Shown: positions 54,335-64,000 of the stretch, in pieces
How positions within the stretch are numbered: the first letter of the stretch is position 1
Layout of the letters: every line of letters starts with the position of its first letter
Virus record (IMG/VR): IMGVR_UViG_3300044620_000614
Location: 1-64,000 of that record
Strand: one strand, 5' to 3'
Length of the DNA: 64,000 nucleotides
From: a virus
Made by a program: the position numbers and the translations under genes
The notes under the pieces: model-generated
Databases searched by the model: none
Seen by the model: the letters and a program-made list of their open reading frames with translations, nothing else
What the model was told of the DNA's origin: nothing

Positions 54335-56128
54335 TTAAAGTTCGTTTATGCTTGCTTCAGCAAAAATTCTAATTGTTTCTGCTGATGTAAAGTTATTACC
54401 ATCACCGGAAGCAACTGTTATTTGTGCAGTTGTTGCTGAATAACTATTAACAAAAACGCTACTAACTTTTCCACCACGATTTGGAGTTACTGAAGTACCA
54501 TCAGACGAACCCGCTGTTGCTATAATTCTTGGTAAACGAGTTGCGGGATAAGGATATCTAAATGTCCAAGTGGAACTTGCAACTTTATAGTCACTAGTTG
54601 AGGTAGTTAATTGTTCAGTATAGTGTTGTTTTTGCAGTCTCATTGGAGCCGCGGCATTTGCAGATGAACCAAAGACAGCCAATATAGTTCCGCTTGGGGC
54701 AATTATATCGTCAATTATAATAGAAAGATTAGCGGAAACGTCATTGGTTCCTAGGAAAGATAATATTGAAAATGCGCTGGCTGCTTTATGATTCAATCCA
54801 CGTATATCAATATTGATTTTATCTGTAGGTGCAGAACTATTACCAGCATAAAGCATGACACAACGATGGGTGCTTGGAGAGGAACCTTTATTTTCCATAG
54901 TGTTATTGTGCATAATCAATTTAAAATCTTCAGTGATTTTATCAACATCAAGGTACACACAACCAGCAGAACTGCAATTACCATATGTTATTAATTCACA
55001 ATTTTGTATTGTAAAAGTTCCACCCACCACTTCGCTACCCCATATACAGGAACCATCATCAGACAATCCTAAATCACCAGCACCCAATAATGTACTAGTT
55101 GGTCTTCCATATATCTTACAATTTTTATATGAAACATTTCTACCGGCCATGTTCGCATGTTGAATTATGCAATTTGTATATAAGACATCATCAGAATTGC
55201 CGTGCATATCAGCGGCACCCACTCCCAATTCTCCATCATTTTCTAAAATGCAATGATCTATGATTACATTTCTAACAGGAGGCCCCAAACCACCACCCAT
55301 AGCAATACAATGACGATCACTGTACAATGAACAATTACTAACCGTAATTTTTTGCGAATTAAGAAAGACTATAGGATAAGAATCACTAGATGGGAAGGAT
55401 GCGCTTCTTCTTGCTGTTGCTTTTAAATTTTTAACATCAATATCAAAACATGTTTGAATTGCTATACCAGTTCCTGTAGCACCAGTATTTAATGAAATAT
55501 CACGAATAACTACTCCTTCGTGCCCCTCAACGGTTAATGCAATTTTTGATGATCCGCTTGGTGGAATAATTTTTAAATTTGAAATATGAACTTTACCACC
55601 AGTCAGTTTGGTCATAGTCATAGAGCCCGAAGCATAGGTGTCTGGTGAAGTTGAGTATGTTTTTATATTAGTAGAATTTGTTGGATCTGCTACTTTGAAA
55701 AAACAACCATCTCTATAATAATTTCTGTGAGGTCCAAAACTAAAATCAGTAGGATTGTATGCAACAATAACATCACCCTCAGACAATCCGTGTGCTGTTG
55801 AAAATGAAATAACATTACCACCGGCCTGTATATTGGATGCTAAATTTGGCAAAGAACTTCGTGTGCATACTAATTTTAATTCACCATTCGTAGAAAAATT
55901 TAAAACCGAACTATCACCAGATCCATATAAATGAATATTTGCATTTGATATAGTTAGTGTACTTGTTATTTTATATGTTCCTTGTGGAAAAAACAATGGA
56001 ACATTTGCATTAAAAGCCAATTGAATAGCGGCTGTATCATCAGTTACACCATCTCCAGTTGCTCCGTAATCCTTTATGGATTTTATGTCGCAAACTTTAC
56101 TGCTGATAGTTCTTGAGGTACAAGTCAT
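54335..56128 (-). CDS. Tail spike / beta-helix depolymerase (pectate lyase 3-like)
   Basis: SIKDYGATGDGVTDDTAAIQ...FFPQGTY and beta-helix repeats. Confidence 0.85.
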   Translation of the reverse strand: MTCTSRTISSKVCDIKSIKDYGATGDGVTDDTAAIQLAFNANVPLFFPQGTYKITSTLTISNANIHLYGSGDSSVLNFSTNGELKLVCTRSSLPNLASNIQAGGNVISFSTAHGLSEGDVIVAYNPTDFSFGPHRNYYRDGCFFKVADPTNSTNIKTYSTSPDTYASGSMTMTKLTGGKVHISNLKIIPPSGSSKIALTVEGHEGVVIRDISLNTGATGTGIAIQTCFDIDVKNLKATARRSASFPSSDSYPIVFLNSQKITVSNCSLYSDRHCIAMGGGLGPPVRNVIIDHCILENDGELGVGAADMHGNSDDVLYTNCIIQHANMAGRNVSYKNCKIYGRPTSTLLGAGDLGLSDDGSCIWGSEVVGGTFTIQNCELITYGNCSSAGCVYLDVDKITEDFKLIMHNNTMENKGSSPSTHRCVMLYAGNSSAPTDKINIDIRGLNHKAASAFSILSFLGTNDVSANLSIIIDDIIAPSGTILAVFGSSANAAAPMRLQKQHYTEQLTTSTSDYKVASSTWTFRYPYPATRLPRIIATAGSSDGTSVTPNRGGKVSSVFVNSYSATTAQITVASGDGNNFTSAETIRIFAEASINEL

Positions 56129-56166
56129 AATTCTTCCTTTAAATTATTTGGTACTATATTTAGTTG

Positions 56167-56394
56167 TCAGAATGCTCCACCGTCAAGCGAATTGGAATTT
56201 TTCCATTCGATACCATCATACTTCAATACTTCATTTGAAGTCGGTGTTGTGATGGTTACGTCGCTTAAATCACTTAATGAAATATCAATTGTTCCTGCAC
56301 TTTTCACAGTCCAAGCAGTGCCATTCCATTCCCATGTAATAGTTCCTACTGTGTAGGTATTGCCAATTGATGGTGTGTTTGGAAATCCTGCCAT
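56167..56394 (-). CDS. Small tail-fibre module protein
   Basis: FPNTPS.G..Y....WEWNGTAW; LSDLSDV....VLKYDG..W. Confidence 0.7.
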   Translation of the reverse strand: MAGFPNTPSIGNTYTVGTITWEWNGTAWTVKSAGTIDISLSDLSDVTITTPTSNEVLKYDGIEWKNSNSLDGGAF

Positions 56395-56405
56395 TTATTA
56401 TTCCT

Positions 56406-57623
56406 TTATATGATTTCAAACCAAGAAAAATCTACGGCAACATCTGTCTGATTACTTTTACCGGCCATTGCAATGGTGATTATATCTGAAACTCCAGCTT
56501 GTGTTCTTCCTAATTGGAAATTAAAGTCATTTATATCGGATATAGTAAGCAATCCATTGATTTCAATATATCCGCCAATAATATCAGTACCACCTGTATA
56601 TGATGTTCCAGAACCGTGAAAAGAATATTGAACATTTCCATTGTAGTGATCGCTCCAAGTGACAGCATCCCCAGTAAATGTGGGATTTAGTAAAATTCTG
56701 TATTGTGCAGAGGTATTTGCAATTACCAATGCACTTATATTTGATGGAACAATTACAGAATCTAATCTAGAGTCTTTTAAACGCAAAGAAACTACAGGAT
56801 AGAAAGTACCAGCGGTTGCCAATCTTTTTGGAGATGTTATAGTCGTTGCGACATTATACCGTCTAGAGAATCCTTCAAATCCTGCTTCCGACATTACGCT
56901 ATTGCATATTTGTTTTGCTGTGGATGCAGATGCGGTTGCTGCTAAATTCTCTATCTCTATACGCAATGGTAGAGTTGCAGTAGTCATGTATGTGGTAGGT
57001 CTCAAATTATCATTATGAAATGTATGTGCTATAACAGGTCTTCCATCAACAAAAAATCCAACACGCACATCACCCACACCTAACCATTCAATATCCATTA
57101 TCAAAATGTTTGCTTTGGTTAGATCTAAAGTTCTGCCACTTGGACCAGTGCCATTGAACTTATCGCCGTTCCAATTCGCTTGGGATACTTTATATGTCTC
57201 ATCATCAACAGATCCATCAACATATGTTCTCAATACAAGATAAACATCATTTCCATTTTGCTCAAGATAGATTCCATTTTGAGCACCAAAATAACCAACT
57301 CTTTGACGAAGGTTTGCTTTCTTTGCTGCAAATACGAAAGTACTTAATACCAATAAAGATTTGCCTGGTTGATATGCAAATACTCTTTTTGTTTCTCTAT
57401 AAACCTTCGCACCCGAAGCGGTTGTTAGATTTAAATTAATCGCACTTTCATTTGGTTTGAATTCTGTAGAACCACCACTAGTGGTTAAAGTATCCCATTT
57501 ATCATTTTCTTGATAACGGTGCTGTGAATCAAACAGAGTAAATGGTGTGCTTACTTTAAGACGAGCAAAAGCATCAATTGCTTCGCCGTTAAATCGTATT
57601 TGATCGTTAAATAGGTAACTCAT
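56406..57623 (-). CDS. Virion structural protein (T4-like cyanophage type)
   Basis: [28 protein letters not shown] motifs. Confidence 0.75.
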   Translation of the reverse strand: MSYLFNDQIRFNGEAIDAFARLKVSTPFTLFDSQHRYQENDKWDTLTTSGGSTEFKPNESAINLNLTTASGAKVYRETKRVFAYQPGKSLLVLSTFVFAAKKANLRQRVGYFGAQNGIYLEQNGNDVYLVLRTYVDGSVDDETYKVSQANWNGDKFNGTGPSGRTLDLTKANILIMDIEWLGVGDVRVGFFVDGRPVIAHTFHNDNLRPTTYMTTATLPLRIEIENLAATASASTAKQICNSVMSEAGFEGFSRRYNVATTITSPKRLATAGTFYPVVSLRLKDSRLDSVIVPSNISALVIANTSAQYRILLNPTFTGDAVTWSDHYNGNVQYSFHGSGTSYTGGTDIIGGYIEINGLLTISDINDFNFQLGRTQAGVSDIITIAMAGKSNQTDVAVDFSWFEII

Positions 57624-59278
57624 ATGATTCTCCATCCATTTCTATAAATGAATTGTAATGCACCATTGCTAATATTTAAAATTGCAGATTCTTCATTATC
57701 TATGAAATCGTTTGTATTGCCAGGAACAATTTCAATGTAACGATTAGCATATCCTGCTTGTCCAGATTCATCTTTTACTGTAATAGTTTCTCCAGTAACT
57801 GGTGTTGTTGGAAGAGTAATTGTAACTATTCCGGCGTAGTTTACACCAATATAATAATCTAAGGATGACGCTTGATATGATGATGTGGTTACTGCTTGTG
57901 TGTGATAAACAGGCGACAAATTAATAGAGGGTACTACAGAAATTTCTACCCATTGAGATGAATCACCATCGTCAATGTAAACAAAGTATCTACCAGTTAA
58001 ACTATTAAACCATCTATCACCATTGATTGCACCTTCGGGTGGAACCGGAGCATAAGTGAATCTATTTGCTACCGTAGTTCCACCACCAGAGATATCGATG
58101 TTGATATTCTTGCCATCAGAAGAAACCGATGAAATACCAGTTCCTGTGAAGTTTATACTTTTAGCGGCAGAAGTAAGTCTACTTCCTTCATGTTTAACAA
58201 TAAGGTTTCCACCACCACCGCCTTGTGCGCTATGTTTTCCTACATGTGCAACAAGATCATTTAAATACTTAGATTCTATCGAAAGAGTTTTCTTTTCGAG
58301 TTTCAAAGGAAACGTAGCAGCAACTACACCGGGTTCTCCAGTATCTCCTTTAGGACCAATTGATCCTGCTTCTCCCGCTACACCAGCAGGTCCCTGCGGA
58401 CCTACATCGCCTTTTGCTCCCTGAGTTCCCTGTATACCTTGAGCGCCGCGTTCTCCCTTTGGACCAGTTTCGCCCGCTTCTCCCTTATCGCCGCTCGGAC
58501 CTCTGTCTCCTTTAGCACCGCGAGGACCACGTGGACCGGGTGGACCAGATAACCCAATAGGCCCTTGGGGACCGGTATCTCCTTTTTCGCCCTTTTCTCC
58601 TCGCGGTCCAATTGGGCCAACTTCTCCCTTATCTCCAGTATCTCCACGGTCACCTTTAGGACCAATTTCGCCTTGTAATCCATCTGTGCCCCTTTCTCCG
58701 GTGTCACCCTTTGGACCTTGAATACCTTGTGGACCAATATCGCCTGGTTCGCCCTTGTCTCCCTTTTCACCTTTCTCTCCGCGATCACCAATAAATCCAC
58801 GTTCTCCACGGTCACCCTTTTCACCATTGTCTCCCTTTAAACCGGGAAGCATAATAGGAGTTGGTGCTTCTAGTTGTTTTGGTTCTTCTTTAATTACTTC
58901 AGCAACAGAATCAACAATAACATCTTCACTTGCAAGAACAAACAACTTATCAATGATGTTATATTCTTTACCATCTGGATATTTGTCATTACCACCAAGG
59001 ATTTTAAATAATCTGTTTGTTCCTTCTTCTACAAAGCAATATTCACCTATACCGTTTAATTTCACAATATATGGTTTATTGCCCTCTTCTGTAAGAAACT
59101 GAAATGTTTCAGAAAGGATTATATTAAATACTGATCCTTGCTTCATTTCTCCCAGATCACGGGTAAGTAAAAATCTATTATTCCGTGGTGCAGCCTTTCC
59201 TGAAATGTACCAATTTGATAAATTGGCATAATTCAATCGCGGTTCCGGTGTGTTAAATGAAGAAAATGATGGTAGCAT
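57620..59278 (-). CDS. Collagen-like fibre protein
   Basis: Long Gly-X-Y tract (about 58330-58845) plus tail-fibre modules. Confidence 0.85.
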   Translation of the reverse strand: MLPSFSSFNTPEPRLNYANLSNWYISGKAAPRNNRFLLTRDLGEMKQGSVFNIILSETFQFLTEEGNKPYIVKLNGIGEYCFVEEGTNRLFKILGGNDKYPDGKEYNIIDKLFVLASEDVIVDSVAEVIKEEPKQLEAPTPIMLPGLKGDNGEKGDRGERGFIGDRGEKGEKGDKGEPGDIGPQGIQGPKGDTGERGTDGLQGEIGPKGDRGDTGDKGEVGPIGPRGEKGEKGDTGPQGPIGLSGPPGPRGPRGAKGDRGPSGDKGEAGETGPKGERGAQGIQGTQGAKGDVGPQGPAGVAGEAGSIGPKGDTGEPGVVAATFPLKLEKKTLSIESKYLNDLVAHVGKHSAQGGGGGNLIVKHEGSRLTSAAKSINFTGTGISSVSSDGKNINIDISGGGTTVANRFTYAPVPPEGAINGDRWFNSLTGRYFVYIDDGDSSQWVEISVVPSINLSPVYHTQAVTTSSYQASSLDYYIGVNYAGIVTITLPTTPVTGETITVKDESGQAGYANRYIEIVPGNTNDFIDNEESAILNISNGALQFIYRNGWRII

Positions 59279-59286
59279 ATCTCTAT

Positions 59287-59991
59287 TTATTTGCCAGTCA
59301 AAGCCTTCCAAGAGTGCGGAAATAGCGGTTGGATTATATCATAAATGGCTTGTGCATACTGGCGAACCTCCCATTGTGCATGGGGATCAATTCTTTGTGC
59401 ATATACTCTCGCGTATGCAGAAAGTGATCCTGTCCACCACCATTCGGTGTAAGTCCCCTGTGGTAGCACGGAACGCGCCTGCTCGGGGGCTACCCCCTCT
59501 GCGATGAGTTTATGATACACCTCTAGCGCGGGTTTAGCGATCCTTTCCCAATCAGTATTATATGAATTCACTAATTCGGGGTTAACGAAATCTTCGCTTC
59601 CCTGCTTTGCGCCATTTGTTGGCTTTGAACGCCACTGCGGACAATAGATTTCTGGCGTATCCGAAACATATCTACGGGATACTTCATTCTCTACGAATCC
59701 AACCTTGTGCTTAAAAAGTTGAGTTCGGATGAAAATTGGGGCTTTGATTCTCAAAGTTATCTGAGGATGTGCAAAGGGAGTCCAGTGCTTGTGCTTTGCA
59801 AGATAAGAGATCAGTTTCTGATCTTTTTCAGACAATTTGTGTTCACGATAACCAGTCCAATTGGGATCAGTATCCCAATCACTTTCCTTATTAAAGGAAA
59901 CTCTCGCGGCATTTACTACCGTGAGATCGCTTCCCATGTAATCAACTAAGTTAACAAATCCGTGATCAAGTAGGTTTATCTTTTTGTTCAT
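59287..59991 (-). CDS. thyX: Flavin-dependent thymidylate synthase
   Basis: [32 protein letters not shown]. Confidence 0.95.
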   Translation of the reverse strand: MNKKINLLDHGFVNLVDYMGSDLTVVNAARVSFNKESDWDTDPNWTGYREHKLSEKDQKLISYLAKHKHWTPFAHPQITLRIKAPIFIRTQLFKHKVGFVENEVSRRYVSDTPEIYCPQWRSKPTNGAKQGSEDFVNPELVNSYNTDWERIAKPALEVYHKLIAEGVAPEQARSVLPQGTYTEWWWTGSLSAYARVYAQRIDPHAQWEVRQYAQAIYDIIQPLFPHSWKALTGK

Positions 59992-60334
59992 TATCATCAC
60001 CAAAATTAAATTCCACACCATCAATTTGAACGTAATCTAGAGCATAATCTTTTGCGCGTTTCCACATTTCGGGATCTATCGCTTTGATGTACTCTGCAAA
60101 TTTTATACCAAATTCAGCAACGGCTTCTGTGCTTAAAATCCAAGCGCGTTGCTCTTCTGTTAAGTTGTCGAATTCGACTTCAATTTCGTCCAAGTCGATA
60201 ACTTCTTCATCATCTTCTTCGGACCCTCCATCTGAGTAACTTGGGAATGGTGGAGTTTCTTCCGGATCATCTGATTCAATCTCGTCATCTTCATAGTATT
60301 CATCCTCATCTTCGTAGTCGTCGTAGTTTGACAT
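59966..60334 (-). CDS. Very acidic hypothetical protein
   Basis: D/E-rich N-terminal half. Confidence 0.65.
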   Translation of the reverse strand: MSNYDDYEDEDEYYEDDEIESDDPEETPPFPSYSDGGSEEDDEEVIDLDEIEVEFDNLTEEQRAWILSTEAVAEFGIKFAEYIKAIDPEMWKRAKDYALDYVQIDGVEFNFGDDNEQKDKPT

Positions 60335-61327
60335 TTAAACCTTCTTCCATTGAGAGAATCTAATAAGTGCTTCAGGTCCGGAGTAAGTGTTAGTATCGAT
60401 TACTCTTTTTACTTCGATTGGTGTTCTACCTCTCAACACCATATCATTTACATCCTTACCTGTTACACTATTAGGCCATATGCAAACTGTCTTACCAGTA
60501 TTTATTAATTTTTGATATTGCTGAACCACATGCTTATTACGAGGTTCATTGTCCAACACATAAATCAACTTACTACTTGCAAATAAATTTGCATCAATTT
60601 CGTGGTTCATTCCAAGAATGGCAACTGAGTTTGGAATGAACAACGAATCAATGGGTCCTTCCATAACATACACAACTGATTTCAAATTTGCTCGCTCGAC
60701 ACCAAAACACAACTTGGTATCTTCGTCAAATTTGATAGTAACATAACGAATTGCATTGTCATCCAATGCTCTTCCCTGAAACCCAACAAGTTCATTGTCC
60801 TTATCGAATATTGGAATAATCAATCTTGGTTCTTCACCAACATCTTTTTGAATATGCTTATTCACAAATTCCGCAAAGTTTTCTGCATAATACAAATTTT
60901 CCCAATGTTCTTGTGGTATCTTTCTGCGTGTTACATAAGATTTACAAACATGTGAACGATCCAAATCATTAATAGTTGGTAAAACTATCTTATTAAATTT
61001 GGGAGTGTCCATTTTGATTTTTGGTTTTTCATAATTTGAATGACCGTTTTCTCCACCTTTCCAACGCTCCAAAGAGTATTGTTTGCTTAATGCTGGAGAA
61101 ACGGTTTCCAAAAATCTATAGATGCTTGTAGATGCCCCACAGTTGTGACATCTATAAAACATATCATTGTTTTTAGAATAAAAGTATCCTCTTGCTTTTG
61201 TCTTATTTGATTTGGAGTCACCACAAATAGGACAACGACAATTTGCCAAAGTATCACCCTTCCACTTGAACATCTCAAGCATGGGGGATACTAGATTGAT
61301 ATACTTTTTATCTACAATTAATGACAT
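60335..61327 (-). CDS. gp61: T4 gp61-like DNA primase
   Basis: CPICGDS...CHNC zinc finger, FQGR, EGPIDS, DNEPRN, KDVND. Confidence 0.95.
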   Translation of the reverse strand: MSLIVDKKYINLVSPMLEMFKWKGDTLANCRCPICGDSKSNKTKARGYFYSKNNDMFYRCHNCGASTSIYRFLETVSPALSKQYSLERWKGGENGHSNYEKPKIKMDTPKFNKIVLPTINDLDRSHVCKSYVTRRKIPQEHWENLYYAENFAEFVNKHIQKDVGEEPRLIIPIFDKDNELVGFQGRALDDNAIRYVTIKFDEDTKLCFGVERANLKSVVYVMEGPIDSLFIPNSVAILGMNHEIDANLFASSKLIYVLDNEPRNKHVVQQYQKLINTGKTVCIWPNSVTGKDVNDMVLRGRTPIEVKRVIDTNTYSGPEALIRFSQWKKV

Positions 61328-61329
61328 TA

Positions 61330-61473
61330 TTACTCAATGTTAAATGTGCGCTTTGCCCACTCTTCCCACTCTGGAAGATCCTCGTCGCGGATTGCCGGTA
61401 AAGCGGCAAGTCGTTGCTCAAAGGTGCGAGTATCGTTTTCACTGATGTATTGTACTTGCTTATATTCAGGCAT
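61330..61473 (-). CDS. Small hypothetical protein
   Basis: GAGGAG RBS before MPEYKQ. Confidence 0.5.
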   Translation of the reverse strand: MPEYKQVQYISENDTRTFEQRLAALPAIRDEDLPEWEEWAKRTFNIE

Positions 61474-62884
61474 CGTGTGTCTCCTCAAATTGCCAATCCT
61501 TTGCTTTGTTACCAAAACTTTTTCTCTTAAACTTACTAGTAAAACCGTTATCCTTTGTTGCTACCTCATCCTCTGCACCAACACCAATCAATCCTTCTTG
61601 TGCAGATTCTTCAACAGTATACAACTTCATCTTGGAACGGTTGATACCAAGAATGAATTTACGATTAGAAGCCAAATCATTATATCGATTCTTTAGTTGT
61701 TTGACAACAACTTGATCCATCTTGTCAAGATCCTCTGTGCGGATCATTGCAAACATGAAATCGGCTGTCTGCGGCAAACCAAATGACTCTGAAGTATTTT
61801 CCAAACCAAGATCAGTATTTGTATACCCATCACGGTTTGTTTGTGTTGCAGTAAAAACTGGCACATTGTATTCTACTGCCAATCCACGAAGTTCTTCTGC
61901 TATTCCCTTAACATAAGTGTAGGAATTTACCATAGCCGCTTTAAAACGACTAGAGGCACAGATGTTCAGATAATCTACAAAGATAATATCTGGAACAAAC
62001 TTCTTCTTAAGTTTTAGTTCTTCCAACAGATGGCGGAAGTGATTTACATTTGAAGATCCGGTAGGATACTCCTTCACGATCAACTTACCGCTAACCCCAC
62101 GGGTTGCATTGAATAACTTTTTGGCGTACATCTCTTTTGGTAGTTGCTTGAGATCATCCAAAGTGATGTCCATGATATTTGCATCGATTCTTTCTGCAAT
62201 TCGTTCTTCTGCCATTTCACAAGTGATGTAAAGCACATTCTTGTTCTGCATTAAACAGTTTGCAGCATGGTGACACAAAAACAAAGACTTACCCACACCA
62301 GTACCCGCAATGACTACATTCAAAGTCTTTTGAGGAGTACCATTGTTTGTAATTTGATTCATGTAATCAAGATCGAAGGGTATACGCTGTTCTACTGTGT
62401 GATAGAACTCGTATCGCTTTTCTGCATCTCGTAGGTAATCGTGTCCGATGTTATTATCAAAAGAAACAGCCAATGCATCCGACAATATAGACGGAAGTGC
62501 ATTGACTGACTTCTCCTTCGACTTACCCTCAATAATATGAACAGACTCTAGGATAGCATTGAAGATTGCTTTGTCTTTGCAAAACTTCTCTGTCTCATCC
62601 ACAAGCCAATTTTCATCTTGCTTCGTGGTTGTATCGAACGCTTTAATTTTTTGATCAATACTATCAAACTCGTTCTGAGTTAAATCAGTACGAGATGATA
62701 GACCAATTTTTAGTGCATCAAGAGATGGTAACGCATTATACTTATTGAAGAACTCCTGAACAGCACGAAATATGGCTTTATCAGTTCGTTCTTGAAAGTA
62801 TTCATCCTTGATGAACGGCAGTACTCGTCTAACATATGGTTCGTTAGAGAGTAAGTTTTCAAGTATTACTTTTTCTACACTCAT
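61466..62884 (-). CDS. gp41: T4 gp41-like replicative helicase
   Basis: [36 protein letters not shown]. Confidence 0.97.
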   Translation of the reverse strand: MSVEKVILENLLSNEPYVRRVLPFIKDEYFQERTDKAIFRAVQEFFNKYNALPSLDALKIGLSSRTDLTQNEFDSIDQKIKAFDTTTKQDENWLVDETEKFCKDKAIFNAILESVHIIEGKSKEKSVNALPSILSDALAVSFDNNIGHDYLRDAEKRYEFYHTVEQRIPFDLDYMNQITNNGTPQKTLNVVIAGTGVGKSLFLCHHAANCLMQNKNVLYITCEMAEERIAERIDANIMDITLDDLKQLPKEMYAKKLFNATRGVSGKLIVKEYPTGSSNVNHFRHLLEELKLKKKFVPDIIFVDYLNICASSRFKAAMVNSYTYVKGIAEELRGLAVEYNVPVFTATQTNRDGYTNTDLGLENTSESFGLPQTADFMFAMIRTEDLDKMDQVVVKQLKNRYNDLASNRKFILGINRSKMKLYTVEESAQEGLIGVGAEDEVATKDNGFTSKFKRKSFGNKAKDWQFEETHDA

Positions 62885-63948
62885 TCATCAGACTCATCAT
62901 TGTCCTCTGAAGCAGTCTTCTCGCCGGCAGACTGAGTACCGTATTTGAACTCCGCACCAGCGGCTTGTTCAAGTCTATCCATTACATCTTGCGTAAAGAA
63001 CTTTTCGGGATTCTCTCGAATACTCTTCTCAAAAGCAGTTTTGCCATCGGGAAGTTCAATACGAGTAGAAACCTTCTTAAAGATTCCATACTTTAGGGCT
63101 AGATCAACTAGTCCATAGTATCTATCCAATCCACTGTCATACTTAAGCAGAACATCAACCATCTTGTTCTCCTTAGTAATTCTACCCTTGTAGAGTTTGC
63201 AGTGTATCACATTTCCAACTACACCTCCATCACTATCCTTCTCTTTTCTCTTGGAGAGATAGACAATAGTTGTGGCTGCATACTTTAGACCAGATCCACC
63301 ACCCATTTCCTTCGTTGGGAACATCGAACCCACAACATCGTAGGTGTGATTGGTCATAATAAGTGGCACATTTGCCTTACCAAGTTTTAATGTAAGAACC
63401 CGGAAAGTGGCTTTAATTACTTGTGCGCGAGTCATATCCTTTGTAGTCTTACCTTCGGCAGTGTCCACCATTTCTTTATTTGTAGACAACATACCAAGAG
63501 AATCAAGAACAATCATCATTGGCTTCTTATCCTTCTCCGCTAGAGCCAAATAAGAATCAAGAATAGTGACTGCTTGATGACGGAACTCCTCCACCGTGTT
63601 TACGGGGAATACAGCAACCCTAGAAGGATCTACACCGCGTTCCTTGAACATTTGACTAGTGACTGCTTGCTCTGTATCAAAATACAGCACAGCACCGTCT
63701 GGACGATCCTTGAGAAATTGGCTTACGATACCGAGCGTGAAGTAAGTTTTTCCAGTTGCACTCTCACCTGCCAAAGCCATGATCTTATTGTCAGGCATGC
63801 CACCATGAAGAGAACCAGAGAGTAGAGCATTGAAAGCGTAACTGCCAGTATCAACGAACCCCTTGATATCGCTTCCTTCAATTCCTTCATCCACGATTGA
63901 AGCAAACTCATTTTTAGATTCCTTAATGATGTTTTTCAAAAAACTCAT
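62881..63948 (-). CDS. uvsX: UvsX RecA-like recombinase
   Basis: [24 protein letters not shown]. Confidence 0.95.
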   Translation of the reverse strand: MSFLKNIIKESKNEFASIVDEGIEGSDIKGFVDTGSYAFNALLSGSLHGGMPDNKIMALAGESATGKTYFTLGIVSQFLKDRPDGAVLYFDTEQAVTSQMFKERGVDPSRVAVFPVNTVEEFRHQAVTILDSYLALAEKDKKPMMIVLDSLGMLSTNKEMVDTAEGKTTKDMTRAQVIKATFRVLTLKLGKANVPLIMTNHTYDVVGSMFPTKEMGGGSGLKYAATTIVYLSKRKEKDSDGGVVGNVIHCKLYKGRITKENKMVDVLLKYDSGLDRYYGLVDLALKYGIFKKVSTRIELPDGKTAFEKSIRENPEKFFTQDVMDRLEQAAGAEFKYGTQSAGEKTASEDNDESDE

Positions 63949-64000
63949 AATTATTTATCTCCTTTTAGTTGTGATTTGGCATATTCTAGATCTGCAATTT

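Noticed and set aside
58056-59102. Alternative-frame ORFs and apparent tandem repeat
   Set aside because: Explained by collagen Gly-X-Y coding
1-64000. Stop-codon reassignment
   Set aside because: Core genes are intact under the standard code and no suppressor tRNA was seen; the CTA-looking Ser loop registers as ACT

Overview
The window is part of a large T4-like (Tevenvirinae-related) myophage genome. T4-core genes uvsX, gp41 helicase and gp61 primase lie at the right end, and TATAAATA late promoters recur throughout. Three PEP-CTERM-type proteins (VPAPS/IPTPG tails) suggest a Planctomycetota/Phycisphaerae-like host; this is inference. Left to right: (1) a glycosyltransferase/gmd cluster (0-8 kb); (2) an RNA-rich translation-support island (9-20 kb) with 14 tRNAs including Ser(ACU) and Ile(UAU), a tRNA-like RNA, a circularly permuted two-piece tmRNA, a SpoU methyltransferase, a deaminase and a cyclic-phosphate receiver domain; (3) guaC and an outer-membrane barrel; (4) a sharply GC-rich early island (about 25.6-36.3 kb) with a VWA/MoxR-AAA pair and a kinase-like gene, ending in a 26-bp perfect inverted repeat plus iterons; (5) late internal-virion genes, including a probable -1 frameshift; (6) ruvC-like, dcm with a nested alternative-frame beta subunit, nrdJ, tail spike/collagen fibre and thyX. 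The top candidate for an undescribed system is a roughly 150-nt intergenic RNA at 9.45-9.6 kb, bracketed by a late promoter and a terminator, whose sequence is a colinear mosaic of 23S rRNA helix 69-70 region blocks lacking helix 71. It could act as an antisense or decoy RNA against the ribosome. All calls were made by eye; no database searches were run.
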